64,000 bases of DNA, from the NCBI GenBank assembly GCA_965203905.1, contig CBDBDQ010000005.1:5664001-5728000 (forward strand), read 5' to 3'. The notes under the pieces were generated by a model that searched no databases, was not told the origin of the DNA, and saw only the letters and a list, made by a program, of their open reading frames with translations. Shown one piece after another: positions 56,584-64,000 of this stretch. The stretch comes from Spirochaetia bacterium. GTDB lineage: Bacteria; Spirochaetota; Spirochaetia; SZUA-6; Bin103. Each line of letters starts with the position of its first letter. The first letter of the stretch is position 1. A program made the position numbers and the translations under genes.

Positions 56584-57927
56584 ATGGCCGCGTCCCCTTC
56601 GACAGCCCTGGCGCCGGCGTCGCGCGCGCTGCGCCCCGCACCCGCGGGCGGCAGCGACCTGAAGTTTCTGCTCCTGCTGGCATGGAAGAACCTCAGCCGT
56701 CACCGGCGCCGCACGGTCATCACCGCCGGCGCCCTGGCGGTCAGCGTCGCCATGTTCATCTTCATGGACTCGATGCTGCGCGGCATCGACACCGAATCAC
56801 AGCGCAACCTGGTGTGGTACGAGACCGGCGCCGGGCGCGTCGTCAGCGCCGCGCAGTACCGCGACCTGCAGAAGGTCGAGCTGCAGCACGAGATCGTCGA
56901 CTATCGGCCGCTGGGCGCCTGGTTGAGCGAGCGTGGCGTGGCCAACACGCCGCGCATCAGCTTCACCGGCGAGCTGTTCTTCGGCGAGGGCGCACTGCCG
57001 GTGCGGCTGGTGGGCATCGATCCGGCCAGCGACCCGCGCGTGTTCCGGCTGCCCGAGGCGCTGCTGCCCGGCGGCGAGTTTCTCACGGCCGGCGTCCCGG
57101 GTCTGATTCTGGGAGCGTGGATGAGCGAGGACCTGGGAATCACCGTCGGCGACTTCGTGGAGGTACGCACGCGGACCCGCCACGGCGCCATGCAGACGCT
57201 GGAGCTGGAAGTGGTGGGCATCCTGCTCAGCCCCAACCCGACCCTCAACCGCGGCGTGGGATTCCTGCCGCTCGACGTGGTCCAGTACGACCTCGACATG
57301 ACGGGAGTCACCGAGATCGCCCTCGGCGCGTTGCGCAGCCCCTTGGGGCGCTCGGTTCCGGTGCCGTCCGGCGCTGCCCTGAAGCGCGCGCTGGAGCGTC
57401 TCAACGGCGACCTTGCGGGGGTGGCGCCCGGCGTCACCGCCGCCGGCTGGCCGCAACTGGCCCCCGACTACCTGGCGCTGGTGGAGTCCAAGCAATCCAG
57501 CAACGGCGTGCTGCTGTTCCTGATCTTCCTGATCGCCTCCGTCGGCATCTCCAACACCATGCTGATTGCGGTGTACGAACGGATCCGCGAATTCGGGATG
57601 ATGCGCGCGCTGGGCATGGACGACGCGGCGATCCGCGCCACGATCGTGTTCGAAGCCGGTGCCATCGGGCTGCTCGGATCCCTGGCCGGATTGGCCGTGG
57701 GTGCCGCGGCTACCTGGTGGCTGGTCAACTGGGGCATCGACATGAGTGGGCTGTACGGCAACGTCAACATCGGCTACCGGGTCACGGGGATCTTTCGCGG
57801 GGCCTGGAATCCGGGGATCATGCTCACGGCGGTGATCTTCGGGGTGGCGGCGAGCATGGCGATCGCCCTGCTGCCGGCACGCCGGGCGCTCAGGCTCGAC
57901 GTGGTGCAATGCCTTCGCTACGAGTAG
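56584..57927 (+). CDS. FtsX/MacB/LolC-type ABC permease 1
   Basis: LAWKNLSRHRRRT, NTMLIAVYERIREFG, PARRA. Confidence 0.9.
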   Translation: MAASPSTALAPASRALRPAPAGGSDLKFLLLLAWKNLSRHRRRTVITAGALAVSVAMFIFMDSMLRGIDTESQRNLVWYETGAGRVVSAAQYRDLQKVELQHEIVDYRPLGAWLSERGVANTPRISFTGELFFGEGALPVRLVGIDPASDPRVFRLPEALLPGGEFLTAGVPGLILGAWMSEDLGITVGDFVEVRTRTRHGAMQTLELEVVGILLSPNPTLNRGVGFLPLDVVQYDLDMTGVTEIALGALRSPLGRSVPVPSGAALKRALERLNGDLAGVAPGVTAAGWPQLAPDYLALVESKQSSNGVLLFLIFLIASVGISNTMLIAVYERIREFGMMRALGMDDAAIRATIVFEAGAIGLLGSLAGLAVGAAATWWLVNWGIDMSGLYGNVNIGYRVTGIFRGAWNPGIMLTAVIFGVAASMAIALLPARRALRLDVVQCLRYE

Positions 57928-57934
57928 CGGTCGC

Positions 57935-59233
57935 ATGAAGCTGTGGCGCATCGCCCTGCGCAACGTGGCGCGCAACAAGCGCCGCTCGCTGCTGTCCGGC
58001 TCCGCCATCGCCGTGGCGACACTCTCCGTGGTGCTGATGTTCTCGCTGCTCAGCGGGATGCTCGGCGACCTGGTGGCCACCACCCTGACCTACGACAGCG
58101 GTCACGCGCGGGTACGCCACGCCGAGTACGCCCGCTACGAGACCCTCAGTCCCGTGCACCTCGCGGTAACCGGCGCCGGCGCCCTGGCAGCGCGGCTGCA
58201 GGAGCTGCCGCAGGTGACCGGCGTGCTGCCGCGGGTGCGCTTCGCCGGCGCCATCTACCGCGAGGAGCGCAACCACGGTGCCTTCGGCCTGGGCCTCGAT
58301 TTCGACCGTGAGATCGAGGTGGCGCGCGCCAGATTGCCGCAGATGAGCGGCAGCGGCGCCGGTGCCGCCTCCCTGGAGGAGTTCGCCCGTGCCTGGCAGC
58401 TCGCCGTGCACGGCGGCGGCCTGCCACGCGCCGGCGAGCGTGAGCTGCTGATCAGCGCGGCGCTGGCCGAGGAGCTGGGACTCGCCGTGGGCGACAAGCT
58501 GACGATCCTCACCCGCACCGCGCTGCTGAGCACCCAGGCGTGGACCTTCACGGTGAGCGGCGTGATCGGGTTTCCGATCGGGGGCATGCGGCGCCTGCTG
58601 CTGGCGCCGCTGGACGTGGTGCAGCGTTTCCTCAAGCTGAGCGCGGGCGACGGCGTGACCGAGATTCTGCTGTACACCGGCAGCGAAGAGGAGGTGCCGG
58701 CGCTCACCGCCGCCCTGGCGGAGGCGCTCCCGGAAGGCGATCCCGGTCTTGCGGTGCAGGCGTGGAGCGAGACCAACCCGCTGTTCTCGATGATGCAGGT
58801 GGCCACCCGGATCTATGACATCATCGCGCTGTTCTTCTTCCTGCTGGCCACCACGGTGATCGTCAATACCACCATGATGGTGGTGTTCGAGCGCATGAAG
58901 GAGATCGGCACGATAGCCGCGCTGGGGATGACCGGAACCCAGATCTCGCGCCTGTTCTTTCTCGAGGCGCTGTTCATCGGCATGGCCGCGGCGCTGGCCG
59001 GCGTGGCGCTGGGCGGCGCCATCGTGCTGCCGCTGTCGCAGGTCGGCCTGGACTACAGCGCCGCCATGGAGGGAGTGGAGCTGAACATGTCGGACGTGCT
59101 GTACCCGCGGCTCAGCGCGCGCTCCACCCTGCTGGTGTTCTGCTACTCCATCGCGGTGACCGCCGCCGCCTCCTACTGGCCGGCGCGCAAGGCGGCCCGG
59201 CTGCAGCCGGTGGAGGCACTGCGCGCCACATGA
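57935..59233 (+). CDS. FtsX/MacB/LolC-type ABC permease 2
   Basis: ALRNVARNKRRS, VFERMKEIGT, PARKAARLQPVEALR. Confidence 0.9.
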   Translation: MKLWRIALRNVARNKRRSLLSGSAIAVATLSVVLMFSLLSGMLGDLVATTLTYDSGHARVRHAEYARYETLSPVHLAVTGAGALAARLQELPQVTGVLPRVRFAGAIYREERNHGAFGLGLDFDREIEVARARLPQMSGSGAGAASLEEFARAWQLAVHGGGLPRAGERELLISAALAEELGLAVGDKLTILTRTALLSTQAWTFTVSGVIGFPIGGMRRLLLAPLDVVQRFLKLSAGDGVTEILLYTGSEEEVPALTAALAEALPEGDPGLAVQAWSETNPLFSMMQVATRIYDIIALFFFLLATTVIVNTTMMVVFERMKEIGTIAALGMTGTQISRLFFLEALFIGMAAALAGVALGGAIVLPLSQVGLDYSAAMEGVELNMSDVLYPRLSARSTLLVFCYSIAVTAAASYWPARKAARLQPVEALRAT

Positions 59234-59237
59234 GTCG

Positions 59238-60485
59238 ATGATCACACCGCTGTTGCGGCTGGCCCTGCGCAACCTCGGCCGCCACCGCCGGCGCACGGCG
59301 ATCACCGCCGCGGCCCTGGCCGCCGGGGTCGCGCTGTTCATCTTCATGGATTCGATGTTGCGCGGGATGGATTCCGAGTCGCAGCGCAACCTGGTGTGGT
59401 ACGAGACCGGCGCCGGCCGCATCGTCAGCAGCGCGCAGCACGCGGAGCTGGAGCGTCCGGCACTGAAGCACGAGATCGTCGAGTATCGGCCGCTGCTCGA
59501 CGCGCTGGCGGCGCGCGGGGTGGCCGCGGCGCCCCGCATCCGCTTCGCCGGCGAGCTGTTCTTCGGCGAGGGCTCGCTGCCGCTGCGCCTGGTGGGTGTC
59601 GACCCGACGCTCGATCCCGAGGTGTTCCGGCTGCCCGGGAGCGTGCTTCCCGGCGGCGAGTACCTCGCGAGCGGGGTACCGGGACTGCTGCTCGGCGCCT
59701 TGACGGCCGCCGACCTGGAAATCGCCGTGGGCGACTTCGTCGAGGTGCGCACCCGGACCCGCCACGGCGCGGTGCAGACCCTGGAGCTGGAGCTGGTGGG
59801 TATCGTGAACAGCCCGAACCCCACCATCAACCGGGGTGTCGGCTTCCTGCCCCTCGACGTAGCCCAGTTCGACCTCGACCTGGACGGGGTCACGGAGATC
59901 TCTCTCGGCACGCAGCGCACCCGGTTCGGAGGTCCCGTCGAACGCGAGATCCGGCGCCTGAACGAGGACCTGGCAACCACCTTCCCCGACGTGGTGGCGG
60001 TAGGCTGGACCGACCTGGCGCGGGACTACCTGGCGTTGCTGGAGTCGGACAGCGCCGGCAACAGCATCATGCTGTTCCTCGTCTTCCTGATCGCCGCGGT
60101 GGGCGTGTCCAACACCATGCTGATCGCGGTGTACGAACGCATCCGCGAGTTCGGCACGCTGCGTGCCCTGGGCATGGACGACGCCGCGATTCGCGCCTCC
60201 ATGGTGCTGGAGGCGGGAGCGATCGGCCTGCTGGGGTCGCTGGCGGGGGTGGCGGCCGGTGCCGTCGCCACCTGGTGGCTGGTGACCTGGGGCATCGACA
60301 TGAGCGGATTGTACGGCGACATGAACATCGGCTACCGGGTGACCGGGATCTTCCGCGGTGCCTGGAACCCGGGCACCATGGTGGCTGCCGTGTGCTTCGG
60401 GGTAGCGGCCAGCATGGCGATTGCCCTGCTGCCGGCGCGCCGCGCGCTCAAGCTCGACATCGTGCAGTGTTTGCGCTACGAGTAG
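59238..60485 (+). CDS. FtsX/MacB/LolC-type ABC permease 3 (paralogue of permease 1)
   Basis: Long identical stretches with 56584-57927. Confidence 0.9.
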   Translation: MITPLLRLALRNLGRHRRRTAITAAALAAGVALFIFMDSMLRGMDSESQRNLVWYETGAGRIVSSAQHAELERPALKHEIVEYRPLLDALAARGVAAAPRIRFAGELFFGEGSLPLRLVGVDPTLDPEVFRLPGSVLPGGEYLASGVPGLLLGALTAADLEIAVGDFVEVRTRTRHGAVQTLELELVGIVNSPNPTINRGVGFLPLDVAQFDLDLDGVTEISLGTQRTRFGGPVEREIRRLNEDLATTFPDVVAVGWTDLARDYLALLESDSAGNSIMLFLVFLIAAVGVSNTMLIAVYERIREFGTLRALGMDDAAIRASMVLEAGAIGLLGSLAGVAAGAVATWWLVTWGIDMSGLYGDMNIGYRVTGIFRGAWNPGTMVAAVCFGVAASMAIALLPARRALKLDIVQCLRYE

Positions 60486-60562
60486 CCGCCGGCGCCGATG
60501 CCGCCGGCTTGGACAGGCCGCGACCGGCTTCGGTACCCTGCATGGAAGAAGGGGTGTTTTTG

Positions 60563-61318
60563 ATGATGCAGACCCGGCGATGGGCCCGCGGCGGCATGTT
60601 GCCGTCGCTGTTGTTGCTGACCGGCGCCGTTTCCCTCGGCGCCCTGACCGGTGCGGAAGTGATCGAGCGGATGGAGCGCAACGAGCGCCACTCCTCGGTG
60701 CACTCCACCGGCTCGCTGCAGATCAGCGACCGGTTCGGCACCCGCACCAAGACCTTCATCTCCACGGCGGTGGGCGACGACCGCTCCCTGCTGGAGTTCA
60801 CCAACCCGGAGGAGGCGGGGCAGAAGATCCTGCGCCTGGATGACGAGATCTATCTCTACTTCCCGGAGGCGGAGGAGGTGATCCACCTGCAGGGCGCGGC
60901 GCTGCGCGAAAACGTGCTCGGTTCCGACTTCTCGTACGAGGACATGACCGGCGAGAGCAGCCTGCTGGACGACTACGAGGTGGAGCTGGAGGGCACCGAG
61001 CCGATCGACGGCCACGACTGCTATCGGCTGCGCCTCACCGCGACCCGGCGCGACGTGGTGTATCCGATTCAGGTGGTGTGGATCGACGCCGAGCAGTTCG
61101 TCACTCGCCGCGTCGAGCAGTTTTCCCGGCGCGGCCGGCCGCTGAAGGAGATGATCATCTCCGACTACCGCGTGGTGGGAGACAAGCTGATCCCGGTGCG
61201 GCTGGAGATGTCCGACCTGATGAAGAAGGACTCGCGCACGGTGTTTCTGATCGATGCCATCGAGGTGGACATCGCGGTGGACGAGAGCCTGTTCTCCCTG
61301 GAGGAGCTGACTTTTTGA
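60563..61318 (+). CDS. LolA-like outer-membrane lipoprotein-sorting protein
   Basis: Signal peptide, EFTNP..G.K.L, LGSDFSYED, FS...L. Confidence 0.85.
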   Translation: MMQTRRWARGGMLPSLLLLTGAVSLGALTGAEVIERMERNERHSSVHSTGSLQISDRFGTRTKTFISTAVGDDRSLLEFTNPEEAGQKILRLDDEIYLYFPEAEEVIHLQGAALRENVLGSDFSYEDMTGESSLLDDYEVELEGTEPIDGHDCYRLRLTATRRDVVYPIQVVWIDAEQFVTRRVEQFSRRGRPLKEMIISDYRVVGDKLIPVRLEMSDLMKKDSRTVFLIDAIEVDIAVDESLFSLEELTF

Positions 61319-62502
61319 ATCCTCGACGCGGCGAAAGGACGGTCGCGCGCGGCGCGAGGACGCTCGCGCACAGCGTTAGGACGCTCGCAACGTCGCTCCT
61401 GATAGGGCTGCTGGCAGCCGGCCTGGCGGCCGCGGATCTGCGCACCGCCGTGACCGTGGAGGCACTGCTCATCGGGCTGTCCGATCCGGACGCTGCGGTG
61501 CTGCTCGGCGCCGGCGGCAGTGCCCGGCTCGATGTGACGGCGACCGGCAATCGCGACGTGCGCGGCCGCCTCAGCCTGAACGCCGACCTGCGGCGGGAGG
61601 CGGGCGTGGATGCGGGAACGGCGTCGACCGTCGAGGTGGAGCGCGCCTTCCTGCGGGCGCGGCTGCCGGGGTTCCGCCTCACCGCGGGAAAGACGCGGCT
61701 GGCCTGGGGCCGGGGCCGCTTCTTCAACGCCGGCGACATCCTGTTCGGCCAGACGCCGGCGTTCGCGGCCGGCGCCGGCGAGTTCCTGACCGCCACCGAC
61801 TGGCTGCTGGCGGCGTACGTGCCGCTGGGCCGCCTGTCGTTCCTGGAGCTGGTGGCGCTGCCTCCGCTGGAGCCACTCGCCATCGGCCGTACCGACGCCG
61901 GCGGCCGTGCCGTGGTGCGCCTGGGAGAGCTGACGGTGGAGGGCGGATACCTGTACGCCGCGGCGGACGCGGCCACGCAGGGGCGCGAGCATCGCGGCTA
62001 CCTCAGCCTGAAGGGGGCGCTCGCCGGCGTCGACTGGCATCTGAGCGGCGGCACGGCGTTGCCCGCCACGGCCGGCGCCGACCTGCGCCGGGCCGCCGAG
62101 CGCCGGCTGCTCCTTACCGGTGGCGGCCTGGGATTCCTGGACCTCGGGCCGGAGGCCGGCGTCGTAACGGTGCTGCTCGAAGCCGGCGTCCGTCCCTGGC
62201 GGGCGTGGGACGACACCGCTCCCGCTCCGGCCGCGACGCTCGACCACTACGGCGTGTACCTGTTTCCCGAGCTGGGCTACCGTCCGGCCGACGCGTGGAA
62301 CCTGTCACTGAGCGGTGTGCTGTCTCCGGTCGACGGCTCCGGGGTCGCCGCCGCCGGCGCCACCTGGAACATCCTGCAAGGGCTTACGCTCGGCCTGTAC
62401 ACGGCCGTGATGTTCGGCGAGCGGGAGGATACCTTCGCCTGGGAGCGTTCGGGCGCAGTGGCCACTACCCTGCTCGCCCGCTACGTGTTCGGCTCCTCCT
62501 AA
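61315..62502 (+). CDS. Putative outer-membrane beta-barrel protein
   Basis: Signal-like segment, ERAFL, AGKTRLAWG, amphipathic strands, terminal YVF; start uncertain. Confidence 0.65.
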   Translation: MNPRRGERTVARGARTLAHSVRTLATSLLIGLLAAGLAAADLRTAVTVEALLIGLSDPDAAVLLGAGGSARLDVTATGNRDVRGRLSLNADLRREAGVDAGTASTVEVERAFLRARLPGFRLTAGKTRLAWGRGRFFNAGDILFGQTPAFAAGAGEFLTATDWLLAAYVPLGRLSFLELVALPPLEPLAIGRTDAGGRAVVRLGELTVEGGYLYAAADAATQGREHRGYLSLKGALAGVDWHLSGGTALPATAGADLRRAAERRLLLTGGGLGFLDLGPEAGVVTVLLEAGVRPWRAWDDTAPAPAATLDHYGVYLFPELGYRPADAWNLSLSGVLSPVDGSGVAAAGATWNILQGLTLGLYTAVMFGEREDTFAWERSGAVATTLLARYVFGSS

Positions 62503-62611
62503 CGGCGTCGCTATCGGCCCAGCCGGGCCTACCGTACGGAATTCTTTCGGAGGGTGCCGCTGACGCGCCGTCCTACTATCGGCGGCGCTACCGGTGAGGT
62601 ATCCTGACGGC

Positions 62612-62935
62612 ATGGTTCATGTAATCGTCACCATGCAGGTGGAAGCTGGCCGCATGGCGGAATTTCTCACCGTGGCGCGCGAGCTGGCAGCGCTGGTGCG
62701 CGCCGAAGCAGGCTGTCTGCGCTACGAGTACACCGTGGACACGCCGTCCCCGCTCGCCATTCAGGAACCGATCGACGATCACCGGGTCACCCTGATCGAG
62801 CAGTGGGAGTCCGACGCCGCGCTGGAGGCTCATACCCGGGCGCCGCACATGAAGGAGTATGGTCCGATGCTGGCAGCTCTGCGTACCGGTGCCGTCAGCG
62901 CCCGCGTCACCCGCCCACTGCCAGACGATGAGTAG
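62612..62935 (+). CDS. ABM-domain putative quinol monooxygenase
   Basis: VRAEAGCLRY, IEQWES.AALEAH..APH. Confidence 0.88.
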   Translation: MVHVIVTMQVEAGRMAEFLTVARELAALVRAEAGCLRYEYTVDTPSPLAIQEPIDDHRVTLIEQWESDAALEAHTRAPHMKEYGPMLAALRTGAVSARVTRPLPDDE

Positions 62936-63863
62936 TACGCAAGGCCGACTCGGGCTGAGCGGGGTCATCCCGGCAACGTTCACGCCGTTTCGACCCGATG
63001 GCTCGCTGCACCTGGCGATGATCGCGCCGCTGGTGGAAAAGCTGATCGGCGATGGCGTCGGCGGGCTCTTCATTCTCGGCACCACCGGCGAGGGCAACCT
63101 GATGACCGTGCAGGAGCGCAAGGCCGCGGCGGAGGCGTTCATCGCCGCGGCGGCGGGACGGGTGCCGGTACTGGCGCACGTCGGCCACGCCAGCCTGCAC
63201 GCGGCCCGCGATCTTGCCGCCCACGCCGCCGCGGCGGGAGCGGACGCTCTGGCCGCGTTGCCTCCCTACTACCACAAGCCCGACTCGATCGAGGCCGCGG
63301 TGCGGGTCCTGGAATCGATCGCTGCCGCCGGCGGCGGCTTGCCGCTGCTCTACTATCACATCCCCCAGATGAGCGGCGTTGCGCTGGAACCTGCCGCGTT
63401 GCTGGAGGCCGCCGCCGAGCGAGTACCCACTCTGGCCGGAATCAAGTTCAGTCAGAACGACGTCACCCAGTTGGCGGCCTGCCGTGCGGCCGCCGGCGGC
63501 CGGTTGCAGGTGATGTGGGGAGTGGACGAATCGCTCCTCGCCGGCCTTGCCGCCGGAGCCAGGGGTGGGATCGGCAGCTCGTACAACTACGCAACGCCCC
63601 TGTACGCGCCGGTGCTGGGCTACGCGGCCGGGGATGGCGCGACCACGCTGGCTGCGGCGCAGACCGCCCAGGAGCGCTCGCGACGCATGCAGAGCCTGAT
63701 CAACGGCCGGGGCGGAGTCGCCGCGGCCAAGGCGCTGATGCCGGCCCTCGGCGTCGACTGCGGCCCTACCCGCCTGCCGCTGCTCTACCCCGATGCCGGC
63801 GCGCGCGCGGCGCTGCACCGGGAGCTGCGGCGGCTCGGCTTGTTCGACTGGCTGGGGCACTGA
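62928..63863 (+). CDS. DapA-family aldolase, N-acetylneuraminate lyase-like
   Basis: GTTGEG, YHIP, GIKFS, GVDE, GIGSSYN, CGPTRLP. Confidence 0.85.
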   Translation: MSSTQGRLGLSGVIPATFTPFRPDGSLHLAMIAPLVEKLIGDGVGGLFILGTTGEGNLMTVQERKAAAEAFIAAAAGRVPVLAHVGHASLHAARDLAAHAAAAGADALAALPPYYHKPDSIEAAVRVLESIAAAGGGLPLLYYHIPQMSGVALEPAALLEAAAERVPTLAGIKFSQNDVTQLAACRAAAGGRLQVMWGVDESLLAGLAAGARGGIGSSYNYATPLYAPVLGYAAGDGATTLAAAQTAQERSRRMQSLINGRGGVAAAKALMPALGVDCGPTRLPLLYPDAGARAALHRELRRLGLFDWLGH

Positions 63864-63885
63864 GGCGACCTTGGGGAGCGGACTC

Positions 63886-64000
63886 GTGGGCCGCATGGCG
63901 CGTGGCTACCTGGCGGTGTTGCGGGTGGTGGCGTTTGTCGGTGCCGTGGTACTGGGAGCGGCCGCCTGCGGGGTCGTCATTGCCGTTCCCCTGTGGCTGC
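63886..64000 (+). CDS. Membrane protein N-terminus (partial)
   Basis: GGAG RBS, GTG start, hydrophobic open frame to the window end. Confidence 0.5.
   Translation, partial: MGRMARGYLAVLRVVAFVGAVVLGAAACGVVIAVPLWL

Overview
High-GC bacterial DNA. The substrate-binding proteins with FA-x-G/A-Q/E-E-E leaders and the LolA-like sorting operon suggest a Spirochaetaceae-like organism, possibly a marine-invertebrate symbiont (inference only). Catabolic genes dominate: ten PhyH-like Fe(II)/2-oxoglutarate oxygenase loci, two LplABC-type carbohydrate ABC systems, a GH117-like glycosidase, two DapA/NanA aldolases, SDRs, an AGE epimerase, an enolase-superfamily dehydratase, a sterol desaturase and an animal C11orf54/DUF1907-like enzyme. 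Housekeeping elements are tRNA-Thr(CGT), rsmE and cinA. Accessory DNA includes a NotI-like type II R-M pair, a decaying defence/TA patch (about 30.3-36.3 kb), a PIN/UPF0175 pair, a Uma2 nuclease and a low-GC secreted-protein ORF at the left edge. The best leads are: (1) a tandem pair of PhyH-fold enzymes with H-x-G instead of H-x-D, the halogenase signature, plus a third with H-x-S; (2) a transposase-less 0.9 kb cassette bounded by inverted repeats with an apparent TA target duplication, carrying a ClbS/DfsB-like gene; (3) an intact XRE-HTH plus uncharacterised RTLRIPDD-motif gene pair with its own operator inside the defence patch; (4) the C11orf54-like operon; (5) a 70-bp intergenic tandem repeat beside a small orphan gene. 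I saw no CRISPR array, rRNA, integrase or transposase. All family calls come from motif recognition by eye, not database searches.
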